A stretch of DNA of 63,462 bases, filler included, from Octopus bimaculoides (lineage: Eukaryota): the NCBI RefSeq assembly GCF_001194135.2. It is 11 parts of 10 records of this genome, joined end to end, with 100 filler letters (N's around TTAATTAATTAA, not from the genome) between each part and the next. Parts side by side here need not be neighbours in the genome. Positions count along the whole stretch, not along the records: positions 1 to 2,692 come from NC_068996.1; positions 2,793 to 4,314 come from NW_026355799.1; positions 4,415 to 17,846 come from NC_068982.1; 8 more parts are not named here. One strand, written 5' to 3'. Positions 1 to 12,182 of this stretch are shown here, piece by piece (position 1 is the stretch's first letter; every line of letters begins with the position of its first letter). Under the pieces are notes generated by a model. That model did not search any database, was not told the DNA's origin, and was given only the letters and a program-made list of their open reading frames with translations. Position numbers and translations under genes: made by a program.

Positions 1-274
1 TATATATATATATATATATCAGAAGGATGTGTTATAATACTTTTCCACATATACAAAAACAGCCATACCGACAATCCAACATACCTCCATCATCAGCTGC
101 TCCACGGATATCGTTATGGTTTCGACACCTGGGCAGTACCATTCAATCCGGCGGTGTCAACAGCACTAAACTAAGTGTTGTTTGGGAACAATCAAACCAT
201 AGAAACAATAACTTTCAAACAAATTTACCCTATGTACAACCAACCGTATCGATAAATAAATTCAATACACTGTG

Positions 275-309
<35 letters not shown>

Positions 310-329
310 CTCTTTCGTTTTTCTCTTTC

Positions 330-2050
330 TCTTATTCTTTAACCTCCTCTTCTCCCATTATTCTATCCTATTACTTTCTCCCTCTCTTCCTCACTCCTTC
401 TCCCTTGCTCACGTGGCTCCCACGTAACTCTCAGCCAACTTTCTTTCTCTCCATTGTAGCTGGAACAAGGAAGACGTTTTCTTGTTTGTCTCCCGTCCTA
501 GCTTGATTTACGCGTTCACCATCACAACCTCGTTTCGGCTTAGCAGCGTTTCCTGTTTGTTTTCACTGTCGTTAGGAGACCCCGTGTTAAATCTTTGGGG
601 ATTCGATCGGAATGTGATCGAATCTCCAGCGAGTTAACATCGGATTTCCAAGTTATGCATGGAGAATATAATACTCCAACCAATCAGGGCAAACAATTGA
701 TTTGAGCTCTGAATTGATGCTGATGCTAGTGTCGGATCAAAACATAATACAGTTGACCATGTATGAATCAAAGGATCCCACAAACATGCAGCTTATGAGA
801 AGTACCCGAAACCCATCCAATCTGAACTAACACAAAGCAGACTGGAAACCAATTGAGAAAGAGATCACCAAACGGGACTGGTCCCAACATCTCTCTACAC
901 CTGACATAGACATGAAATTGGAAACTTTCAAGTCCGTAATGCAAGTCATATGCAACAATTTTGTCCCAGACCGAAAGGCCACTGCACATAAAAACAAGAC
1001 TCCTAGGGAGAGAAAAGTTCTTATGTGACGGTGTACAAAGATTGCAAACTGCCTCAACAAAGAACTCGACAGTAGCGAAGAGATCCGCCTGGAAACACCA
1101 CTACTGGAGACTGAGAAACACCAGAAAAGCTCCCATGAAAAAGAAAGAGCAACAAAGATGTCTGAGTTATAAAAAAATATAAAATCAAACCCTAAAGCCT
1201 TCTTTAAGTAAGCCAAGGAAACTGCCTCCGTGCGTTGCAAGTCAGGGTCACTCCTCCTAGAAGATGGTTCCCTCATGGGAAACCGAATGAGAATAAGTGA
1301 AACACTGAATGAACAATTCAAAAGTGTCTTCACTCTACCCTTACGGCGCATGGAAATTAGCAAACCTGTGAAATACTTTACCGCAATAGAGGCAATAACA
1401 ATTGATAACATTAACATCAAAGAAGAGGATGCATCACTGGCAATAGATGATGCTGATGCTAACTCAGCTGCTGACCCCCATGGATCCGCAGCAATCTCCA
1501 AATCATGCAAGCGAGTCCTTGGAAAACCACTGTAGCTACTTGTTTAGAGATTTCTTGCAATTGGTAACCTCTCGGTCACACCGAAGGCGGGAATAGCATG
1601 CCCTATCCATATAGGAGGAATCTGAGCAGATGCTAAAATCTATAGGCCTATCTCTCTAACCTCACTCATCAGCTAGGTTATGGAGTGAATAGTCCGAAGA
1701 AAATTAATTGCATTCCTTGAAGAGAATGACTTGCTAGCTGTCACCCAGTACGGTTATCGACCAGGTAGAAGCTGCCTGACACAGCTCTTGTAGCACTACG
1801 ACTGGGTGTTAAAACAGATGCTCAACAACTCAAACGTAGGCGTGATATATCTCTACTTTGGATAAGACTTTGACAAAGTCGACCATGGTATGATATGTCA
1901 CAAGCTGCGAATTCTTGACTTAATCGGAAAGCTTAGAGAATGCCTAAACAAAACTGGATCTCCTCCTGTCAAGAGTTCCGGATGAACCTAGCTAGAGGCA
2001 AGAAACACGGACGAGGGCAGCAACATCAAACTCCCTCATTCACCAAATGC
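330..2050 (+). mobile_element. Degenerate CR1-group LINE (probable 5' region, ORF2 RT remnant, 3' end; internally deleted)
   Basis: Frameshifted RT motifs YRPISLTSLIS (~1641), QYGYRPGRSCLTQL (~1745) and FDKVDHG (~1868). The sequence then jumps to a CR1-like C-terminus LDLLLSRVPDEP...RAATSNSLIHQ (~1955-2045). Confidence 0.85.
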
Positions 2051-2181
2051 CATTTACCAGAGGAGGTTTAGTAAAAGTGTAGCCAAACAAACGGTGGTGC
2101 CTCAGCATGTCCAGAACCCATGGGTTGAAACTAGAAAAGAAAAAGTACATACATATATGTACACACGCAGACAGACAGACA

Positions 2182-2237
<56 letters not shown>

Positions 2238-2692
2238 TACACACACACACACACAAACACGCACACATATGTATGTATATATATAAGTAACAAGTTAAAA
2301 ATGATGGTCATTACATGTAATTCGTTTATTTGAGCAAATTTGGCTTACAGCTGTTTCCAGTTGTCATTATAGGTACATTACTGATAGGTTTACTCAAGTG
2401 GTCTATTGATCAATCGAGGAAAATTCAACGACCTAACAAAATTAATGCTACTTTTGTCAGAGCAATTTCTGGATATAACAAGCAGAGAACATTAAAGAAA
2501 GGCTATTGTATGGGGAAGGTGGGGAAAGAATGGGGTGTTCAAGTAGAATAGAGAACAGGGGAAGACAGATTACAAAGGGTGAGATCTAGTAAGGGAGTAG
2601 TACAGGAGTTACTTCTCGGAGTAAAATTGAAAAAGTGTGACACACTGATACACGGATATTCGCATTTATTATATTATATTATAATATCATTA

Positions 2693-2792
2693 NNNNNNNN
2701 NNNNNNNNNNNNNNNNNNNNNNNNNNNNNNNNNNNNTTAATTAATTAANNNNNNNNNNNNNNNNNNNNNNNNNNNNNNNNNNNNNNNNNNNN
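2693..2792. other. 100-bp assembly gap spacer N44-TTAATTAATTAA-N44 (first of 10)
   Basis: The same structure has its 12-mer at 2737, 4359, 17891, 19684, 21738, 23787, 45109, 46958, 60592 and 62173. The 12-mer gives stops in all six frames. Confidence 0.95.
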
Positions 2793-2845
2793 CCTACGAC
2801 TGCGAGTCCGCTGCCCTAACCATTGGGCCATTGCGCCTCCACCAA
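2793..2845 (-). mobile_element. tRNA-derived SINE head (truncated by gap)
   Basis: Reverse complement GGAGGCGCAATGGCCCAATGGTTAGGGCAGCGGACTCGCAGTCGTAGG carries an A-box-like motif and is related to the head at 32977. Confidence 0.65.
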
Positions 2846-3067
2846 CGGGATAATACACATATCAAAACACAATAAAGTGGATAATAGACAATTTAATTAT
2901 TACATATAAAATACATATATAAAACACCTTGCAGACTGTGACACTCACTACAATAAGAACAAAATTTGAAAAGTTATTCTTTCAGCATGACCTGTACTAC
3001 TCTGCAGCTTGGCAGATGAGGGCACCAAGTTGATAGCCTTGGGCTCAGCAATAACATACCTGGTTTA

Positions 3068-3298
3068 TAGGGAGGCGAGCTGGCAGAATCGTTAGCACGC
3101 CAGGCGAAATGCCTAGTGGTATTTTGTCTGCCTTTACGTTTTGAGTTCAAATTCCGCCGAGGTCGACTTTGCCTTNNNNNNNNNNTTCATCCTTTCAGGG
3201 TCAATTAAATAAGTACCAGTTACACACTGGGGTCAGTGTAATCAACTGAAACCCTTTGTCTGTCCTTGTTTGTCCCTTCTATGTTTAGCCCTCTGTGG
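3068..3298 (+). mobile_element. tRNA-derived SINE with Nin/Deu-like central domain (family B)
   Basis: Head GGCGAGCTGGCAGAATCGTTAGC...GAGTTCAAATTCC, core GCCTTTCATCCTTTCAGGGTC...TAAGTACCAGT, tail TTGTCCC...AGCCCTCTGTGG. Many copies occur in the window. Confidence 0.8.
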
Positions 3299-3744
3299 NN
3301 NNNNNNNNNNNNNNNNNNNNNNNNNNNNNNNNNNNNNNNNNNNNNNNNNNNNNNNNNNNNNNNNNNNNNNNNNNNNNNNNNNNNNNNNNNNNNNNNNNNN
3401 NNNNNNNNNNNNNNNNNNNNNNNNNNNNNNNNNNNNNNNNNNNNNNNNNNNNNNNNNNNNNNNNNNNNNNNNNNNNNNNNNNNNNNNNNNTATAACATCC
3501 TTGGTTAATAGCCTTGGGCTGAGCTATAACATACCTGGTCTATATAGCCTTGGGTTGTGGATGGATTCTTTTGTGTGTGTGTTTGTTTTTGTGTCTTCAC
3601 ATAGAAACCATGGAAGCAACTGTGTTATTTGTTTATGTATCACATAAACTATATGCTGCATCACTCACTGGTTTTGATGTATGAATACCTGTAGAATAAA
3701 AAGTGCCTTATTTGAAAGAGCATTAAGAGGAACTATTGAAACAA

Positions 3745-3933
3745 GGATCGCTTTTGGGTTCCACAAAGTAAAAGATGTGGCCGACCAAAGGAAATGCAGT
3801 GGAGAACAACAAGAAAAGATCTTAAAAGCAGAAGGTTAACAATGGGACAAGCTGTTAAGGACACTTTCTGTGTTAGAAAGTGGAATGATCTTGCTGTCGC
3901 CTCAAGTGCCACAAGGCACAATGAGAACCGAAT
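3745..3933 (+). mobile_element. RTE-clade LINE 3' end remnant
   Basis: Translates to WVPQSKRCGRPKEMQWRTTRKDLKSRRLTMGQAVKD...KWNDLAVASSATRHNEN, the typical GRP..W...DL...W C-terminus of RTE ORFs. Confidence 0.7.
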
Positions 3934-4118
3934 NNNNNNNNNNNNNNNNNNNNNNNNNNNNNNNNNNNNNNNNNNNNNNNNNNNNNNNNNNNNNNNNNNN
4001 NNNNNNNNNNNNNTTCCAAATAAAGAAAGCAGATGTAAAAATGATGTTGATGATGGCAATGACTATCAAATCCAAGGAATAATATGAAGTTATTTTCCAT
4101 GAAAATTTGTCCTGAAAA

Positions 4119-4290
4119 AGGAGTGGCTATGTGGTAAGAGGCTCGCTTCCCAACCACATGGTTTCAGGTTCAGTCCTACTGCATAGAATTTTGGGCTAGT
4201 GTCTTCTACTATAGACTTAGGCTGACCAAAACCATGTGAATGGATTTGGTAAACAGAAACTGAAAGAAGCCTGGTCGTATATATATGTAC
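4119..4290 (+). mobile_element. tRNA-derived CORE-like SINE 5' half (family A)
   Basis: GGAGTGGCTATGTGGTAAG...GGTTCAGTCC B-box followed by TTGGGCxAGTGTCTTCTACTATAG. The same family occurs at >10 places in the window. Confidence 0.75.
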
Positions 4291-4414
4291 ATATACATAT
4301 ATATATATATATATNNNNNNNNNNNNNNNNNNNNNNNNNNNNNNNNNNNNNNNNNNNNTTAATTAATTAANNNNNNNNNNNNNNNNNNNNNNNNNNNNNN
4401 NNNNNNNNNNNNNN

Positions 4415-4712
4415 GTGAGAGAGCAGTGCATGCCATCAAAGTGACATTGGGGTAAAATATACGAAGCCCATTATACCCATCATGACTACCTGTCTGATAA
4501 GGGTACACCAGGCACATGCATCACAACCATATGTGCGCGACATGGTGATCTCATATCAAGATAAACAGCACAAGACCTTGTAGGTGGGGCCCAGTTAGAA
4601 TTTTCTTCCGGTTGAGTAGCCCATCCCGCTCAAAAGGTCCCTGAATAAGGTTTGTTTAAGGATGTTGAGCAAAACACCCATGTTTCCAAAGGTGAATTAT
4701 TCAAACCCCATG
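4415..4712 (-). repeat. Interspersed repeat family D, partial copy
   Basis: Near-identical reverse complement of 43200-43496. Abuts an (ATT)n tract. Confidence 0.85.
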
Positions 4713-4835
<123 letters not shown>

Positions 4836-5329
4836 ACAGTTTAGGACTGTATCAACTGTATAAGTAATTGGCCTAAAGCTTCTGTTCCTAATTAATCCAT
4901 TCGGAAATGATTCCCGGCTAACATAATATTACGCCCATTAAAACCTGCCATTATTGTCCCTGGATGAGGAAGGGTAGTGTAAGAAACACTAATTTTCCTT
5001 TTATAAAATATTTGGTGGTACTTGTTAGAAGGGGGTAATTTTTTTTTAATAAACTAAACAAACTTTCGGAGATCTTAGTAGTGGTTGCAAAATTTCAAGG
5101 TGGCTTATACCAGATTACGTCATCATTACGTCATCTGTTTCAATTTCTCGTTCTACGGTGGTTGGCCCTATAGTTTCTACAGCTATTAGACTGATTGTAA
5201 TAATGATTAGTGGTATTATTTGAACAGCCATGAGTTCCCAGTGTATCTTTACTTTTATCTCTTGCAGTTGTATTGCGAGCTGCAATACCACAATAATGCA
5301 TGCCTGTTAGTGATTATTCGACGTCGATA

Positions 5330-6260
5330 AAATAAGTACCATTTCGCTGAGTGCAACCAGTAGTTTTATCAACCACAGGGGAAAATTCAATACATTGTTT
5401 ATAACCTGCTCTAGACACAGCAAAGTTGTAGTAGTGGGCATATGCGTTGAATATTCCTACACAAGCAGAAAGTTGCGAAATTCAAGTCGAAATACCCGTT
5501 ATTAAAGACATAATTACGCAACTGGGGTGGTTAGATAAGCAGTTTATATAGGTAGTGACCACCGAAAGTTTTCTATTAGGGTAACATAAGCCCAATTTAA
5601 GGTCCAGGTTGCAACAAGGAAATTAGCGGCCCTTGTTTTGTGTTCAAAAGTTATTTCTAGGTTGTTACTTTTAAAGAAATTCTTGAGTTTTTTTCTAGTT
5701 CTTTTGATACCACCCTGTAGTTTTGGGGATAATCTCTGAGGTAATCTAGGAGATATATACCAAGAGATCAGTAACCTGAGCAGAGTCACTGGATTCCATT
5801 GTTATATCAAAATTATCCGAGGTATCACACTTAATCTACATCTTACCTCGAATTCTACAACAGTTCGTGTAGCTAACAAAATGATATCTATTTAATCGGT
5901 AGAGAGTGGAGAATTATCTCTAGCAAATATAAGGGCCTTATTCAAAAGTATAGGAGATATGCTGGAGTAATATGAGTTTATATCAAATTGTAAAAAGGAG
6001 TACTTACACTTATTACTTATAGAAGAAGACCAGTGTATAACCTCACTTGTACTGGATCATAATTTGAACGATAAAATTAGGATTAAATAAGGAAAGAATA
6101 TTGTCTTAAAAGGTTCTACTCAATCGTCCAATGTTAGATCTTCTTGGGTAGATAAGCCGGACAAATAAGCTATCTGTAAAGTTATATTTGTGGTCCTTTA
6201 AATCAATCCGTGGTTTACAAGGTCGAAGTGGTTTATTTCGGCCCTCAACTTTCAATTTTT
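5330..6260 (-). mobile_element. Penelope-like element RT remnant
   Basis: Minus-strand fragments LKDHKYNFTDSLFVRLIYPRRSNIGRLSRT and RTRKKLKNFFKSNNLEITFEHKTRAANFL resemble PLE RT (TLKDHKENF..RLINPAKSEIG; RKKIIKIFK..GL.ITIE.N.K.VNFLD). Many stops and frameshifts. Confidence 0.72.
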
Positions 6261-6449
6261 ATATACTTTTCAAGGCAACAGAGTTTATTCGTATAAAGAT
6301 TAATATATGCGCGAGTGTTCATATATACTGTTGAAACTCGGATATGTTATTCCTGACCTTAACTTGGTGTCCTTACAATTAAAATTACATCGATTCAATT
6401 GGATCTAGCAAATAAATAAATAAATAAGAAGAAGAAGAACAACAACAAC

Positions 6450-6905
6450 AATAATAATAATCTATTTTTATTGGTCACAAGGGCCGAACACAAAACAATT
6501 AGGGACAATACAAAACTGGGGACACGTACGGTTTAACACAAAAATCAAGTAAACAAAATAACAATGACAATTAACAATACAATTAAACAATAAAATTCCC
6601 CAAAAGTGGGGAGGTTCTCACAAGGACAACCGAGGGACCCCACACATTCTGGTTATCCCGACCATCAGATGCACCTCAGCGGGCGCCTCTCTCCTTCTCA
6701 ATTCCTCCGGTTTACAAACAAATGTTCAGAGTAGGCCCATTTACACGGGCCATCCTCGCCACACTCACCCACCCTACAACAAATTTATTAGGGGTGGGGA
6801 GCAGAACCTCCCTCTCTACTTTCTCTTTCCTTTTCAAGTGGAACTTGAAAAGTCGATGAGGGCTTGGTCAAAGAGGAAAGTACGTGTTAGAATTCCATTA
6901 TATAT
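6450..6905 (-). mobile_element. Tx1/L1-clade LINE 3' end with tail
   Basis: Minus-strand C-terminus LFKFHLKRKEKVEREVL...FVVGWVSVARMARVNG, then a 3'UTR ending TTGTCCC...GGCCCTTGTGACCAATAAAAATAG-(ATT)n. Confidence 0.68.
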
Positions 6906-7974
6906 ATGTATCAAAATAATGCATTAGTCAAGTTACAGAACATGATATAAATTAATTGAGTGACAAGCAAACAAGTTACCTTCAAAACGATAAATATAAA
7001 TATGTATATTTATCATTTCGAAGGTAACCTTTTCTATGTACTTAAATACTTTTCGAAATAAACGCACACGCTTTATATTAAAGATTCCGAGGTCGCTATA
7101 AGACGGACGATGCACAGCTTATAGAAGAAACAGTTGTAACTTAACAAAGTTGATTACGTAATACCTTCTTGCTCCTTGTCATTCAATTAATTCACACACA
7201 CACACACACACAAACGTTATTTATAATGTGTTTGTGTATTATACACATATGCATAGATATTTCTGTTTTCTTCTGATAAACGCTGTATTGCGATATCTGT
7301 ATATAAATTGTTCCCTTGTTCTTCGAGTTTGGTCAGCTTTTCTTTGATCTGTGGCTTTGAAGAGTCCTTTTATTTTTCTTACCAAACTTGGAAGACGCTC
7401 TTTTTTTTTATATCTTTATCATTTAACTAGAACCCTTTTTTCATCCGTGGATTTGCTCATTACTGCTGTAACCGGAGGGTAGTGGTTGTGGTGGTGGTGG
7501 TGGTGGCGGTGTGGCGGCGGCGGCGGCGGCGGTGGTGATGTTGATGGTGTCGGTCGCGGTGGAGGCAGCGGTAGCGGTGGTAAAACTCTTTAGTTACTTT
7601 TATATTCTTATTACAGTGATTGAGCAACTAAACCTCCCTTCAATACATCCGAGTGTCTTTTAAAAAAAAAATATATCTACAAAAACGGAAAGATACATCA
7701 GACAGTTTAGTCCCTGATATACAAAAAAGAAAAAAGACGGGATGGTCACTACGGGAAGCACCTTTCATCAAAAGATAATGCAATCAGAGCAGATCTACTG
7801 TTAAACGGCAACAAGTAATGTCCAATGATATCGTTATTTACAAAGGCATAATACACACACACACACACACACACACATGAACACGTAAGAAGTTTTGTCC
7901 GTGGCTCTACCGAATCTGCCCATCTACTCTAAAGACATAAAGTTTTAATTAATATAACTATATACCTGGGTTTC

Positions 7975-8160
7975 TAGAATGACTAAAGCGGCTCATACAA
8001 GGACGTCTGAAGGTTTATAAACTAATGAGGATCTAGCCAGATGCAAAGTTAGATTTAATGAAGCTACTGGCCTTGCTACGGATAGGGACTAATGGCAAAA
8101 GTGGATTGGCTAGTGTTAAATGCGCAACAAAATCTTACGTTGTGGCATGATCGTTATGGA
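7975..8160 (+). mobile_element. RTE-like LINE 3' end remnant
   Basis: DLARCKVRFNEATGLATDRD*WQKWIG resembles the RTE terminal motif (DL...A..LAQDRD.W). Confidence 0.5.
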
Positions 8161-8384
8161 AACGAAGGACAGGTGGAATAAGAGGAGAAAGAGCAGAGGA
8201 GGAATAAGTAAAAAAACGAGAACGAAGAAAAGGAGGAAGTAAAAGAAGAAAAGCACAAAGAAGAAGAGAAAGTAGAGGAAAAGAGGAAAAGAAGAAAGAG
8301 GAGAAGAGTAAGGTGACGAAGGGGAGGAAGAATCGTTTCTAATTTAGACACAGCGCCAGCAGTGTTGAAGGTAAGGGTTTAATC

Positions 8385-8478
8385 GATTACGTCGATCGCA
8401 ATACTTGATTAGGACTTTATTTTATCGACGTCGGAAGGACGAAAGGCGATGTTGACCTCAGCGGGATTTGAACCCACA
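8385..8478 (-). mobile_element. Degenerate family B (Nin-domain) SINE
   Basis: TTTATTTTATCGAC..GGAAGGACGAAAGGC..GTTGACCTCAGCGGGATTTGAAC is the reverse complement of the family B core and B-box. Confidence 0.6.
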
Positions 8479-8529
8479 TGAAGATCATGTTCTACAGAAT
8501 AAATAAATAAAAATTTTAATTCGATGAGT

Positions 8530-8740
8530 CAGGTAACACAAATACAATTCAAGGTAACACAAATACAATTTCAGATGACACAAATACAATTTCAGGTAAC
8601 ACAAATACAATTTCAGGTAGCATAAATACAATTCCAGGTAGCACAAATACAATTCCAGGTAATACAAATACAATTCCAGGTAACACAAATACAATTTCAG
8701 GTAGCACAAATACAATTCCAGGTAACACAAATACAATTCC
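8530..8740. repeat. 21-bp minisatellite, 10 copies, consensus CAGGTAACACAAATACAATT(C/T)
   Basis: Ten tandem units counted directly. Confidence 0.97.
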
Positions 8741-8759
8741 TCTGAGATTGAGGAACCAA

Positions 8760-9590
8760 TGACTGAAGCTCGCCTGAGCCACTTCTACTGTAGTAACGGT
8801 TGACATGGGCAAAACATACAAAAGGTCATTACTAACTAGACTAAGTAATCGATTCTGTACTCAATTAAATGTGGACTGCTGGCCAAAATAGGTGAGCAGT
8901 ATCTTATCTGGCACTTGTAGGAATGCAATAGAACTACAGGTGTTTAGAAAATTTTTGAACAGTAGAACGAGTCCATTATTGAAACTACCATTTAATGTTC
9001 GTGGTGTAAAGATGTAAGGTCAGTTTTTGTAGCGCTAAATGTTAATGTGATTGTCCATGGCTCGATCCCAAATTGATTACTTAAAAGATATTTCTCCTTG
9101 ATTCAAGTGTGTGGGTTTTAGAGATGAGACCGTACATTGTGGTATCAACAGTAAAGGCCAGAATAGTTTCTTAGGTATAAAATGATTTATAAACGAAAGA
9201 AAGAGCATACGTCTCAGAACAGATCCTTGGAGTATACCTGCATTCATTGATTTGATAAATGTCAGGGAATAACTGTTTACTGACTTCAACGTTCAGGCTT
9301 TTCTTCATCAGGAATGATTTAACGGTAGAAAAGACTGGGTTCGATATACGATAGGAGGTCAGTTTTTGAAGCAATCCTCTATGCCTTACCTTGTCAATTA
9401 TTGTAGGACTGTCTCAGACAATAACACAAGCATCAACGAGGCTATGCAGTTCATACGTGGCCTATGAGTGATGTATCAGACTGTGATAAAGTTGAGCCGG
9501 AAAGCCGAAAACTCGTTAGGTATGTCACTAAGGAAGGCGGTTTCATTTAATCAATTAATGAAGAACTTGTTAATGATATATTCAAACAAT
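8760..9590 (-). mobile_element. CR1/Jockey-group LINE RT remnant
   Basis: Minus strand DKVRHRGLLQKLTSYRISNPVFSTVKSFL and NAGILQGSVLRRMLFLSFINHF correspond to degenerate (F)DKVWH.GLL.KL and .GVPQGS.LGP.LFL.YINDL motifs. Confidence 0.75.
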
Positions 9591-9644
9591 GTTTGATTCA
9601 CAGTTGATTAACTAGTGTATATTGAGATGGGGAGGAAAATGACT

Positions 9645-9880
9645 GTTAGGGTTAAGGAGCTCGCTTTTCAATCACATGGTTTTGGCTTCAGTCCTTGGAT
9701 AAGTGTCTTCTACCCTAGTCCACGGTCGGCCAATAATCTGTGAGTGGTTCGGCAAAAGAGACCGATAAAATAAGTAGCAAACTTTAAAAATAAAATAAGT
9801 ACTACTGCGATCGATTTGTTTGACAAAATCCTTCAGGACGGGGCCTCAGCATTGCTGCAGTCCAATGGCTGAAACAAGTG
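9645..9880 (+). mobile_element. Family A SINE, internally deleted
   Basis: Head plus GGTTCGGCAAAAGAGACCGATAAAATAAGTA...GCTGAAACAAGT tail. Confidence 0.6.
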
Positions 9881-9999
9881 GCCAAGCAGCCAGTGATGTT
9901 GCGAAAAGCCAGCGGGCTACGAATAAGTTAGCTATCAATCTGCTTGTCTACCTGTCTGTCAATCTGTTTCTTTGTTTGCATCAGTCTGTCTGTCTGTCT

Positions 10000-10067
<68 letters not shown>

Positions 10068-10084
10068 TCCTTTATTCTTTTATT

Positions 10085-10276
10085 CTTTTATTTGTTTTAG
10101 TCATTTGACTGCGGGCCATGCTGGAGCACCGGCTTGAAGTGTTTTTGTCGAGCAAATCGACCCCCAGGACTTATTCTTTGTAAGCCTAGTACTTATTCTA
10201 TCGGTCACTTTGGCCGAACCGCTAAGTTACGGGAACGTAAACACACCAACACCGGTTGTCAAGCGATGATGGGCGA

Positions 10277-10323
<47 letters not shown>

Positions 10324-10470
10324 GACAGACTTCTTTTAGTTTCAGTCACAAGGCTTTGGTCGGCCCGAGGATGCAGTAGAAGACACTTGCCTAAGGTGCC
10401 ACGCAGTGGGACTGAACCCAGAATCATGTGGTTGAGAAGCAAGTTTCTTACCACACAGCCACAGCCACGC
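10085..10470 (-). mobile_element. Family A SINE, near full length, with internal (CA)n
   Basis: Reverse complement of the head (GGCTGTGTGGTAAGAAACTTGCTTC...GGTTCAGTCCCACTGCGTGGCACCTT) through to the tail (GGTGCTCCAGCATGGCCCGCAGTCAAATGACT). Confidence 0.82.
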
Positions 10471-11626
10471 CTATGCCTGTCTATTTATCTATCGGCTTGT
10501 CTGTCTGTATGCTTATCTGCATATCTATAGCCTTGTATATCTACATATTCATCTACTTACCTACCCTCTTATGCTACTTTACTTACCAACAAATCTAGAG
10601 TTTATCCCTCACTCCACCCCCAGATAAAAACAGAAAAAACATCAGCATCACGATAATTAGACTAAACTCGTTTAGAATTAATGGTAAAAGACTGGAATCA
10701 CTGTCTGAGAGAAGTGATGCAATGAAATTATCATGTGCTTCAGTTCAATGGAGTTCAAGCAGGTTATAATAAAAGAATACCAATTCTATCATTCCAACAG
10801 ATATGAAAACTTTCAAGAAAATCTGAAGGAAACTACCACCATTAATTCCTTCTTTCTCTTTCTCTTCCTTTTCTTTTCTCTTTTTCTTTCAATTTTAACA
10901 TTTTCCGCTGTCTTTCACTTTTTCTCTCTCATTCATTAATTATTTCTTTTCGATCCTCTTTCTTTATTTTTCATCTTGTTCTTTTTTCTTCTTCTTCCAA
11001 TTTTAGAATTTTCCGCCCTTTCACTGTCTCTCTTATTCCTAAGTTCTTTCTGTTTGTTTCATTTTTTTCTTTTTTCCTTTTTTTTCTTCTTGTTCTGTTT
11101 TTCCTTTCAATTTTAGCATTTTCCGCCATCTCTCACTCTNNNNNNNNNNNNNNNNNNNNNNNNNNNNNNNNNNNNNNNNNNNNNNNNNNNNNNNNNNNNN
11201 NNNNNNNNNNNNNNNNNNNNNNNNNNNNNNNNNNNNNNNNNNNNNNNNNNNNNNNNNNNNNNNNNNNNNNNNNNNNNNNNNNCTCTTCTTATCAACCTAA
11301 AAATACCAACTAAACAAAACGAAACGAAACAAAATACAATATAAATTAAAATTAAATAAAAATAATATAAAACAAAAAATTAACCCAGCAATGGTTTTGG
11401 TGTGTGAAAAAGTCTACATCTACAATCAATTTGCATAGAACCGATTCCACTGACAACTAACTCAAAGCTCCTCGTCTTCCTTATGTACCGAGTGACATTC
11501 GTCGTGTTTTATTTATCTTCATTATGTCTCTTTTTTCGCTTTGATGTCTGCAGAAGATTCGCAAAATAAACTTTGACATTATTGTTTATTTTACCGTCTG
11601 TTCTTTCAAGTATTTTTCTTGGTCAC

Positions 11627-11637
11627 TGCGCATGCGC
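11627..11637. promoter_or_regulatory. NRF1-like palindromic motif TGCGCATGCGC
   Basis: Exact motif in a short non-repetitive stretch. No independent promoter evidence. Confidence 0.2.
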
Positions 11638-11729
11638 CCTCAAGTTATCTGATGCCATTAAACCAGTTTTGTTCCGTTTCTTTTACTCTCAACGTTAATA
11701 CAGTTGTTGTGTTTGTTGTAGTCGTCGGG

Positions 11730-11925
11730 GATGGTGAAGAGTGGTGGTGGTCATGGTGATGGTTGTATTGGTGGTGGTGGTGGTGGTGGTGGTAACGTTT
11801 CTAACGTTATCAATGCCTTTGTCGTTGTTATTGTTGGTGGTGATAGTGGTAATGGTTGTCATAGTAATGGCAGCAATGTTTCTGCTGTTATCAATCTTTT
11901 GTTATAGTTGTTGCTATCGCCATGG

Positions 11926-11972
<47 letters not shown>

Positions 11973-12107
11973 GCTGTTACTGCGGCTGTTTTTGTCGTCT
12001 TTTCCTTCGTTGTTGTTTTTGTCGTTAAAATCTTGTTGGCCATCTTGATGCTGTTGCTGCTGCTGCTGCTACTGCTGCTTCTACTAATGCTATTGTCACT
12101 ACTACTA

Positions 12108-12182
<75 letters not shown>

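Noticed and set aside
827-1510. 227-aa minus-strand ORF
   Set aside because: Antisense shadow of the CR1 ORF2 remnant.
8530-8740. Possible CRISPR array
   Set aside because: Contiguous tandem 21-mers without unique spacers, in a eukaryotic context with no cas genes.
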